The translations under genes and the position numbers were made by a program. A DNA stretch of 38,632 nt from a virus. Lineage: Duplodnaviria; Caudoviricetes. The notes beneath the pieces were generated by a model. The model was not told where the DNA came from, did not search any database, and was given only the letters and a program-made list of their open reading frames with translations. Each line of letters begins with the position of its first letter. The first letter of the stretch is position 1. Shown here piece after piece: positions 1 to 7,727 of this stretch. The stretch is from IMG/VR virus record IMGVR_UViG_3300020045_004025, positions 1 through 38,632 of that record; one strand, written 5' to 3'.

Positions 1-121
1 AATTAAAATTGAAGCGGTTAAAGAATGGTTAGATAGTGGTGATAGTATCGAGGCTTCTGTAAGAATGCGTTATGTTACTATTTTACTTGCAATGGATTCT
101 AACAGTCCTGAGGACGTAACA
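1..121. repeat. Terminal 121-bp exact direct repeat (circular assembly overlap), left copy
   Basis: 1-121 is identical to 38512-38632, and an ORF reads through the junction. Confidence 0.97.
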
Positions 122-373
122 GAAAAAGCTAATTATGACGCTTATATTAATAAAATAGCTAATAAAGATGACTTCGAGTACATTCCTTATTTCTATATCA
201 TTAAAGAAGCGCAAAACGTAAGAGAAAGTAGTTTAGTTGTGGCTGGTAGTAATCATGCAACTGGATTAATAAACAACAATAAAAGTCAAGCCGAGAAATC
301 ACTTGAAGAAATCGAAGCCGAGAAATCACTTCAAACAACTGAAATGTTAAAACAATTATTAAACAAATTTTAA
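1..373 (+). CDS. 3' part of HK97-family prohead protease (begins at 38039 and wraps the origin; about 281 aa in total)
   Basis: In frame with the ORF starting at 38039. Motifs EASVRM and RESSLVVAGSN resemble the HK97 protease catalytic-Ser and E-x-S-x-V...N motifs. Lies between portal and MCP. Confidence 0.8.
   Translation, partial: IKIEAVKEWLDSGDSIEASVRMRYVTILLAMDSNSPEDVTEKANYDAYINKIANKDDFEYIPYFYIIKEAQNVRESSLVVAGSNHATGLINNNKSQAEKSLEEIEAEKSLQTTEMLKQLLNKF
288..331 (+). repeat. 17-bp direct repeat AAGCCGAGAAATCACTT x2
   Basis: Exact copies at 288-304 and 315-331, encoding AEKSL twice, just upstream of MCP. Confidence 0.9.
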
Positions 374-378
374 AGAAA

Positions 379-1566
379 ATGACACAAGAAGAAATCATTA
401 AAGCGTTGGGTGATAAAATCGACGCAATGAAAAACGAAAGCGTTTCTAAAGCTGAACTTATCGAAGTATTATCGCAAGTTAAAGAATTAGAAACTAAAGG
501 AGCAGAAGTTTCAACTATGAAAACAAACGTAGAAGAAATTGCTTTGAGAGTATTAGAATTGGAAACTAAAGGAGTTCCAAGCAACACACCAGAGAATTTA
601 GGTAGCTTATTAGCTGAGAAATCAGACGAATTAAAAGCTATGAAAGACAAATCAGGTGCAAGTGTGCAAATCCAACTAAAAGCGGTTGGCACAATGGCTG
701 AAAGTACTAATATTACTGGTCAAGTTCCACAAGCTGAAAGAGAAGCTGGAATTACAAGAATTGTAACACGTAATCCTTTTATTCTACAATTGGTAAACGT
801 TGGGCAAATTATGTCAAATGTTTGGGAATGGGTAGAACAAAAAAATAGAGAGGGCGGTGCTGCAATGACTGCTGAGGGCGCAGCTAAATCACAAGCTGAC
901 TTTGATTTGGTAGTAGCTTCTGCAAACGTTAAAAAAGTAACTGCATACATCAAAATCACAAAAGAGATGCTTGACGATGTTGCTTTAATGCGTTCTGAAA
1001 TTGACCAAGAATTAACCGAGTTAATCAACTTGAAAATTGACGAGCAATTATTGAGCGGTTCGGGTTCGGGTAATAACTTAACTGGTATTACAACTAACGC
1101 TACTGCTTGGTCAGCTGGTGCTTTTGCTTTAGCTATTCCAACACCTACAAAATGGGATGTTTTAAGAACTGCATTAAACCAAGTTAGAGTTAATTTGTTT
1201 GAGCCTAACTATATCGTTATGCACCCAACTGATGTAACTTCAATGGAGTTGTCAAAAGATTCAACTGGTCAATACATTATGCCTCCTTTCACTTCTGTAG
1301 ATGGTACAGTTGTAAGTGGTGTAAGAGTTGTTGCAAATACTGGTGTTACTATTGATAAATTCTTAGTAGGGGATTTCTCTAAAGCTGGTGTACGTTTCAA
1401 AGAAGGGTTGACTATCAATGTAGGTTACGAAAATGATGACTTTACTAAAAACCTTGTAACTATCTTAGCTGAGGCAAGATTAGTACAAAGAGTAAAATCT
1501 AATCATTACGGAGCTTTCGTTTATGGTGATTTCTCTGATGCTATTACTGCATTAACTAAAGCGTAA
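379..1566 (+). CDS. Major capsid protein, HK97 fold
   Basis: 395 aa with an N-terminal coiled-coil delta domain and motifs AEGAAKSQADF, KITKEMLDD, LLSGSGSGNNLTGI, VMHPTD, LVGDFS and FTKNLVTILAEAR. Confidence 0.95.
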   Translation: MTQEEIIKALGDKIDAMKNESVSKAELIEVLSQVKELETKGAEVSTMKTNVEEIALRVLELETKGVPSNTPENLGSLLAEKSDELKAMKDKSGASVQIQLKAVGTMAESTNITGQVPQAEREAGITRIVTRNPFILQLVNVGQIMSNVWEWVEQKNREGGAAMTAEGAAKSQADFDLVVASANVKKVTAYIKITKEMLDDVALMRSEIDQELTELINLKIDEQLLSGSGSGNNLTGITTNATAWSAGAFALAIPTPTKWDVLRTALNQVRVNLFEPNYIVMHPTDVTSMELSKDSTGQYIMPPFTSVDGTVVSGVRVVANTGVTIDKFLVGDFSKAGVRFKEGLTINVGYENDDFTKNLVTILAEARLVQRVKSNHYGAFVYGDFSDAITALTKA

Positions 1567-1570
1567 TAGT

Positions 1571-1696
1571 ATGGGACATTATTTAGAAACTACAATAGAA
1601 GTTACCTATAATGGTAAAACTACAAGAGTAGCGAAAGAAGATGCACACCTATACACAGAAAAGGTAAAAGAAGTTAAACCGAAAAAAGAAAAATAA
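1571..1696 (+). CDS. Small hypothetical protein (41 aa) after MCP
   Basis: Hand-translated MGHYLETTIEVTYNGK...; stop overlaps the next start (TAATG). Confidence 0.7.
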   Translation: MGHYLETTIEVTYNGKTTRVAKEDAHLYTEKVKEVKPKKEK

Positions 1697-2337
1697 TGCC
1701 TAATATAATTGATTTATCATACTTTCAACAAGCTAATGCTTTAAACATTCCTTTGAGTGTTCAAATGATAGTAGCTAATCCAACTTTAGAAACTCCGAAT
1801 AGTGCGACTGCATTAACGGAATTGATTACGAAAGTAGAAAAATCATTATTATTAAATGCGTTAGGTTTAACAACTTATAATGAACTACAATTAGCAATAG
1901 CGGATGAATTTACTAATCCGCTATATGCTAAATATCAAAAGTTAGTAGAAGGTGAAGAATATGATGGAAAAATATGGCAAGGATTAGATTATGAGTATAG
2001 TTTAATCGCTTGGAAAATCCAACAAGAGTTTTTATTTAATACTAACCAACAATTAACTGGAATAGGAAATGTTGAGGTTAAACCACAAGGAGCAAACTTA
2101 GTAACACCAGCTTATAAGATAGCTAATGCAAATGCTAATTTCATTCAACAATATCAAGGCGGTTATATGAAATATCCAATTATTTATAATGATGGAGAGT
2201 TTATTGATTGGTTTGGTTGCAATGATGAAATAGAAGTTAGTTTATATCGTTATTTAACTGATAAAAAAGTTGATTTTGCTGATGTTAATTTAGAAAACTT
2301 CAAAGTGTACGAAACTTATAATTCTTTTGGAATATGA
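1696..2337 (+). CDS. Putative head-tail adaptor/connector
   Basis: 213 aa; position directly after MCP; translationally coupled. Confidence 0.55.
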   Translation: MPNIIDLSYFQQANALNIPLSVQMIVANPTLETPNSATALTELITKVEKSLLLNALGLTTYNELQLAIADEFTNPLYAKYQKLVEGEEYDGKIWQGLDYEYSLIAWKIQQEFLFNTNQQLTGIGNVEVKPQGANLVTPAYKIANANANFIQQYQGGYMKYPIIYNDGEFIDWFGCNDEIEVSLYRYLTDKKVDFADVNLENFKVYETYNSFGI

Positions 2338-2843
2338 TAGTTTTTGAAGACCAATTAGCAAGAATAGTTGAAGTTTTGCCTGATGTGGTTGTAGGTAGTC
2401 AAACCGCTACTTTAAACTATGGTTGGGGAACTAAAGAGGTTCTTACTGAGTATTTAACTTTAAAAGGTAAATTAAGTTTCCCTTTAATTTGGTTAGAGGA
2501 GGGTCAAGATAGTAACGATTTAAGAGAGCCAAGTGTTAAACGTAATTCTCGAATAGTTATTTTACATGAAAGCCAAGCACCAAGCGAATTTAATCCTTAT
2601 CAACACGAGTACGATTTTAAACTAATCTTACAACCTATTTTAGATAATTTATTAATAGCACTAAATCAAAGCGGAATAAGTAGATATGATGATGCAAACT
2701 TTAGAACACAAAGAATAAAAAATTATTCTATGCGTGAAGAAGATAATAGTTTAGTATTTATTTGTAACGCTATTGTATTAGATGCTGAGATTACATTTAG
2801 CGGTCAATCGACTTGCTTACAAACAATTCAATTTAATAATTAA
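2334..2843 (+). CDS. Putative tail terminator/completion protein
   Basis: 169 aa with an FPLIWL motif, immediately before the major tail protein. Confidence 0.5.
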   Translation: MIVFEDQLARIVEVLPDVVVGSQTATLNYGWGTKEVLTEYLTLKGKLSFPLIWLEEGQDSNDLREPSVKRNSRIVILHESQAPSEFNPYQHEYDFKLILQPILDNLLIALNQSGISRYDDANFRTQRIKNYSMREEDNSLVFICNAIVLDAEITFSGQSTCLQTIQFNN

Positions 2844-2857
2844 AAAACAATAATCAA

Positions 2858-3784
2858 ATGGTTAAATATAATGAAAAAGATTGTCTTACTACACGTAAGA
2901 ATTTAGGCTTATCCGACTGCATTTTGCAAGAGGGTAGACTAACTGGGAAAATATTAGTTCCTAAAGGATGGTCAATTAATTTAACAACTGACGTATTCGA
3001 TAAAGACTATGTAAACGAGCAAATCCAATTAGGTAATTTTATTCCTATTTTGGGAGCGGTTGAAGCTACAAATAACACACCAGAAGCTACAACTGAGGAG
3101 TATCAAGGAGGCGTTATGTCAGTAGTTCGTAATGGATTGCCACAATTTACTTTTAAATATTTAAGAGGTTGGTTGTTTGCAAATGCGTTATCAACTTATA
3201 ACTCATTCCAAGCATACGACGTTTTATTTGTATTTTCAAGTGGCGCAATAGCTGGAGCAACAAACGGAACTACTTTTAGCGGGTTTGATTTAGGAATGTT
3301 GAACGCTGGAACATATATGTTTACAGATGGCTCTACTTCTGCAAGTGTTAGCACTACTATTCAGTTAATGAACGAAACTCAATTTAATAGAGATGTAGCT
3401 ATTTTGGACGCTTCTGTTTTAGATTTTAATGTGAACGCTGATATTTTCCCTATTACAGATATTGTGATGACTGGACGTGCTGATGTTTCAGATGGTAAAG
3501 TTTACTTTAAAGCGAAATTCGCTACTAATCAAAGTTCAGTTTTAGGTGGTATTGCTATTCCAAACTTAAGAGTTACCGTATCGGGAACTGCTGACACTAT
3601 CCAAGCGGGTACTTTAACTTATGAATCTTCAACACAAGAGTATGAATTTGAACCAACTGCAACACTTACAACGTCAACACCAGTTGTAGTACAATTGTAT
3701 GATTCTGTTAATTCAGTAGCTTGTGCTAAAATTGGTAATAAGTATTACAAAGGTGCAACAGATTCGATTACGCCGACTGCTTAG
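2858..3784 (+). CDS. Major tail (tube) protein
   Basis: 308 aa, beta-rich, with a C-terminal Ig-like region; followed by a terminator; synteny. Confidence 0.7.
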   Translation: MVKYNEKDCLTTRKNLGLSDCILQEGRLTGKILVPKGWSINLTTDVFDKDYVNEQIQLGNFIPILGAVEATNNTPEATTEEYQGGVMSVVRNGLPQFTFKYLRGWLFANALSTYNSFQAYDVLFVFSSGAIAGATNGTTFSGFDLGMLNAGTYMFTDGSTSASVSTTIQLMNETQFNRDVAILDASVLDFNVNADIFPITDIVMTGRADVSDGKVYFKAKFATNQSSVLGGIAIPNLRVTVSGTADTIQAGTLTYESSTQEYEFEPTATLTTSTPVVVQLYDSVNSVACAKIGNKYYKGATDSITPTA

Positions 3785-3805
3785 TAGTTAATAAAAATAA
3801 TTTTT

Positions 3806-3835
3806 AAACCATAATGTAAAAGTTATGGTTTTTTT
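3806..3835 (+). terminator. Intrinsic terminator after major tail gene
   Basis: Stem AAACCATAA/TTATGGTTT followed by a T-run. Confidence 0.7.
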
Positions 3836-3838
3836 ATT

Positions 3839-3846
3839 TATATTTG
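3839..3846 (+). promoter_or_regulatory. Bacteroidota sigma-A -7 promoter element TATATTTG
   Basis: Matches TAnnTTTG in an intergenic position. Confidence 0.65.
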
Positions 3847-3888
3847 TAAAATCATAATGATTTTTTTATTGGGGGATAAACAAGGATG

Positions 3889-3927
3889 AAATGCAATCAA
3901 TTAATTTTTGGTTGCATTTTGTTTTTT
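3889..3927 (+). terminator. Terminator-like hairpin closing a short transcript
   Basis: AAATGCAATCAA/TTGGTTGCATTT stem followed by a T-rich tract. Confidence 0.6.
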
Positions 3928-3940
3928 AAACAAGTAAATA

Positions 3941-4240
3941 ATGGAAATATTTAATAAGCATATATTCGGAAGTGATGCGGATTACTTCAAACAATTAAGT
4001 GTAATTGAGCAAGTGAATTGGATTAAAAAACATACTAATCAGCAAAACGATGACTTAATTAATGAGTTTTTAAGTAACATACCCGAAAATAACGATAAAA
4101 ATTGTATAGATTGTGGGAATAAGCGCAAAAGAATATCAGAGAAGATTGAATCCAATACTGAATCAGTCGGTAATGGAGGAATTGGTGTCGAAAATAGTAA
4201 TAAAAGACAACCAAGAGTTAAAAAAACAAAAAGAAAATGA
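3941..4240 (+). CDS. Hypothetical protein in tail region
   Basis: 99 aa ORF with an A-rich leader; the last 128 nt overlap the next gene. Confidence 0.7.
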   Translation: MEIFNKHIFGSDADYFKQLSVIEQVNWIKKHTNQQNDDLINEFLSNIPENNDKNCIDCGNKRKRISEKIESNTESVGNGGIGVENSNKRQPRVKKTKRK

Positions 4241-4571
4241 GTTTGAATTTGGATTAAGACCAAATTATAAAAAAATTGGAAAATATGCTAATGATGATTA
4301 TGCTTATAAAAAAAATATGATGAATCCTTTAGCTGGTTTTAATAATGTAGATTTAATATTTACGGGTGCTTTCGTTAATAGTCTTTTTGTTATTTCTAAA
4401 TCAGAAAGAAGATTTATTTTTGATAGCGGAAATGATAAAAAAGATAATTTAATAGAAAGATATGGCGAGGCTATAATGGGATTAAATCAAGTTTGGTTTA
4501 ATAAAAGACAAAGCGAAATATACCGATTAGTATTACAACAACAAATTAAACAAATTTATAAAATTGCCTAA
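4113..4571 (+). CDS. Putative tail completion/virion morphogenesis protein (GTG start)
   Basis: 152 aa, basic; VDLIFTGAFVNSL resembles the L-x-x-TG-x-F/L-x-x-S motif of neck/tail-completion proteins. Confidence 0.55.
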   Translation: MGISAKEYQRRLNPILNQSVMEELVSKIVIKDNQELKKQKENEFEFGLRPNYKKIGKYANDDYAYKKNMMNPLAGFNNVDLIFTGAFVNSLFVISKSERRFIFDSGNDKKDNLIERYGEAIMGLNQVWFNKRQSEIYRLVLQQQIKQIYKIA

Positions 4572-5163
4572 ATATAATTCAATAGATACGATAAAAGCAA
4601 AAGTTTTCTTTGAGATATTGAAAACTAAAAACTATCAATTGCTTAAACCTAAACCAAAAGAGAAAGGTTTAGAAGAAATATTCATATCAATTTACGATGA
4701 GTTTTTCATTAAGTCAGATAATTTAGAAGCGAAAAGGTATTTGGAGTTGAATAAGAATATTGCTTTCTTAAATTACAAAATAGCAGTTATTAAGCAAACT
4801 TTAGCATTTTTATACTATTCTACTACAACACGTCAAATGCGAATTGACTATTTAGAAGCGTTAAAAATAGGGTGCGGAATAGAAATCAATGTTGATGTAG
4901 ATTTTAGCGATGAGGTTAAACGTATTTTAACCGAGAATATCGGTTGGATTGAAAACGATTTAGCATTTGACGAGCAAGAATTAAAAGAAATGCTTAATAA
5001 AAGCCAAAATAAAGATTACGATTATCATGATAGTATAGGGGTTTTAAGTAATATTTTACCAAATAACTCACTATTAAAAGAGGATATGACTTTAGCGGTT
5101 TATATTACACTTGAAAAATTAGCACAAAAATTACAATCACAACAAAATAAAAAAGTAGCATAA
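4564..5163 (+). CDS. Hypothetical protein, possible tail assembly chaperone (TTG start)
   Basis: 199 aa, helical, directly upstream of the tape measure gene. Confidence 0.5.
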   Translation: MPKYNSIDTIKAKVFFEILKTKNYQLLKPKPKEKGLEEIFISIYDEFFIKSDNLEAKRYLELNKNIAFLNYKIAVIKQTLAFLYYSTTTRQMRIDYLEALKIGCGIEINVDVDFSDEVKRILTENIGWIENDLAFDEQELKEMLNKSQNKDYDYHDSIGVLSNILPNNSLLKEDMTLAVYITLEKLAQKLQSQQNKKVA

Positions 5164-7727
5164 TGTCGGAATTTATAGAAATTTTAAGTCCAAGTGCTTT
5201 AAAAGATTTACAGACTGCAAATAGCGAGGTTTTAACGCTTATCAAAAATATTGATAACGCTGGAAAAGCTATGCAAAATATAAAAACTCCAAGCGGTTCT
5301 GATAGCGCTATTAAGGATTTAACAAATAACTACAACCAACAAGCTAAAAGCATACAGAATTTACAAAACCAATTACAACAATTAGCAAAGTCTAAACAAG
5401 CGGTAATTGTACAAAGTTCAAACCTTGCAAGAACTACTGCAAATAATACTAAAAATACACGTGAAAATGCAGTAGCTAATCAAATATTAAGAACTGAAAC
5501 AGACCGACAAATCAGAGCTAATACGCTTTTAGGTGGCGCTTATGCAAAAGCCTCAGCACAATTATTAATATTAAAAAAACAAGCTAAAGATTACGCAATT
5601 GCTTTAGGTGAAACACACCCAAAAACATTACAAGCTATTGAAGACGCTAAAAACTTAGATGCAAGGATAAAAGATGCTGACAAAGCAGTAGGGGATTTTC
5701 AAAGAAATGTAGGTAATTATAGCGGAGGTATTGCTGGTGGTTTTCAAGCTATTTATAGTAAAGCACGTATTTTAGCTAACATATTGCCAGGAATTGGTAT
5801 TGCTGGAATATTTGGTTTAGCACTTGACCCATTGTTAGAGTACATTAAAGGATTAGATATTGTAAGCGGTAAACTTCATGGTTTAGCCGAAGCAAGAAGA
5901 CAAATAAATGATACAGAAATACAAGGACAAAAAAATGCAGTTGAAGAAACTTTAAAATTAAAGTCATTACTTGCTATTGCAAAAGATACAACACTATCGC
6001 TTCAAGAAAGAAATATTGCGGTTAAGGAATTGCAAGAAACTTACCCAGCATATTTAGGTAATTTAACAAAAGAGCAAATACTTGCTGGAGATACTGCAAA
6101 AGCTGAAAAAGAATTGACTTTAGCTATTTTATCACGTGCAAAAGCTAACGCAGCAGTTGAAAAAATAACAGAAAATCAAGGTCAAATTATTGATTTAGAA
6201 GAACAAATCAGATTACAAAAAGAGGTTTTAAGAATTTCAAAAGTTCCAAGAGTTATGGGAGCGGCTCAATTACCGCAAACAGACCCTTTAGAAATTGCAA
6301 TAAATCAAAGAAAGCTAAACGGACTTTTAAAAGAAAAAACTGAATTAGAAGCATTAAACAATAGGTTAACAACATACGCACTTGATAATCAAAAGAAATC
6401 TATTAAATTAGATTATGAGCAAGAGAAAATTAAAAAACCAAAAGATTCTAAAAAAGAAAAAGAAGAAAAATTCAAAGCCGATGTAAGTAGCTTAAAAGCT
6501 ATGGAACAAATGATTGCTAATTTAAAAGAGCAACAAGCTGGGGCGGATTTAACAAGTGAAAGATATAGTGCTTTAGGTAGTGTTATTAGTTTATTAGAAG
6601 AAACCTATAAAGGACTTGTTGAATCAATGAAGCCAAAAGAAACACTTTTAGAAATGTCTAAAGGTGTTAAAGATTTAACAGACGAAACAAAGTTATTATC
6701 GGATTCATCAAATAAAGTAGTTACAGATTTAGAAGCACAAAGACAACAAGAAATAAAAAACGCTGAAACATTAGCTAAATTAAAAGAGGCTACTGATAAT
6801 TATATTGCAAGTTTTAGCACTGGATTTTTAGGTAGTCAAGGTTTAGGTGCTTTTGATATTTTCTTTAAAGATATTGGTGGCGGTGTTACTGAATTTCAAC
6901 AGAAATTAGAAGCATTAAAACAAAGCGGGGCAGATATGACAAAAATATTCGCTTTGTATTTTGAGTCAATTGCTGAAAGTTCACAACAAGCGTTCAACAA
7001 AATAATGGAACTTTCAAACCAACGTTTTGAGAATGAAAAAATAAATCTACAAAAAGAGAAAGATATAGCTATTTTATTCGCTGGAGAAAGCGCAAGTGCA
7101 AAAGAAGAAATTAACCGACAATATGATGTAAGACAAAGAGATATTAGAAATAGAGAGGCAAAAGCTAAAAAGCAACAAGCTATCTTTAATATTCTTATTG
7201 ACACCGCACAAGGTGTTGTAAGTGCTTTAGCTTCTACACCACCAAACATTCCATTATCTATTGCAATCGGTGTTATTGGTGCGTTACAAGCTGGAATTGT
7301 AGCATCACAACCAACACCACAATTTTACAAAGGTACAGATAACGCTCCTGAGGGTTGGGCGTGGACACAAGAAAAAGGAGCAGAGGTTATTACAGATAAA
7401 AACGGAAAAATTAAATCGACTGGAAGTAATAAAGGTGCGCAAATGACTTACTTAAACAAAGGAGATAAAGTATTTACTGCTGAAAAATCAAAATTAATGT
7501 TTGATAATGGATTAAACAATATACTTTCATCAAATGGTATTTCAATGCCTAAAATAGAAGTTAATACACCAAATATCGATGTAAGCGGAGTTATTAAAGC
7601 AATTGAGAATAAAGCAAGTGTAAACTTAAGTATCGATAAAGGTGGATTAAACGCTTTTGTATCAAACGGACATAGCAGAAAGGAAATTACTAACAGACGT
7701 ATAAACGGAATAGGACAAAATGTATAA
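5163..7727 (+). CDS. Tape measure protein
   Basis: 854 aa, Ala/Lys/Glu-rich helical; motif GDFQRNVGNY; hydrophobic segments; C-terminal FYKGT...EKGAEVI. Confidence 0.9.
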   Translation: MSEFIEILSPSALKDLQTANSEVLTLIKNIDNAGKAMQNIKTPSGSDSAIKDLTNNYNQQAKSIQNLQNQLQQLAKSKQAVIVQSSNLARTTANNTKNTRENAVANQILRTETDRQIRANTLLGGAYAKASAQLLILKKQAKDYAIALGETHPKTLQAIEDAKNLDARIKDADKAVGDFQRNVGNYSGGIAGGFQAIYSKARILANILPGIGIAGIFGLALDPLLEYIKGLDIVSGKLHGLAEARRQINDTEIQGQKNAVEETLKLKSLLAIAKDTTLSLQERNIAVKELQETYPAYLGNLTKEQILAGDTAKAEKELTLAILSRAKANAAVEKITENQGQIIDLEEQIRLQKEVLRISKVPRVMGAAQLPQTDPLEIAINQRKLNGLLKEKTELEALNNRLTTYALDNQKKSIKLDYEQEKIKKPKDSKKEKEEKFKADVSSLKAMEQMIANLKEQQAGADLTSERYSALGSVISLLEETYKGLVESMKPKETLLEMSKGVKDLTDETKLLSDSSNKVVTDLEAQRQQEIKNAETLAKLKEATDNYIASFSTGFLGSQGLGAFDIFFKDIGGGVTEFQQKLEALKQSGADMTKIFALYFESIAESSQQAFNKIMELSNQRFENEKINLQKEKDIAILFAGESASAKEEINRQYDVRQRDIRNREAKAKKQQAIFNILIDTAQGVVSALASTPPNIPLSIAIGVIGALQAGIVASQPTPQFYKGTDNAPEGWAWTQEKGAEVITDKNGKIKSTGSNKGAQMTYLNKGDKVFTAEKSKLMFDNGLNNILSSNGISMPKIEVNTPNIDVSGVIKAIENKASVNLSIDKGGLNAFVSNGHSRKEITNRRINGIGQNV

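Noticed and set aside
1-121. Biological direct terminal repeat
   Set aside because: It falls mid-gene and its length is typical of an assembler k-mer overlap; a PBSX-type terminase suggests circular permutation instead.
3941-5163. Canonical -1 tail-chaperone frameshift
   Set aside because: The adjacent ORFs are related by +1 shifts and no convincing slippery site links them.
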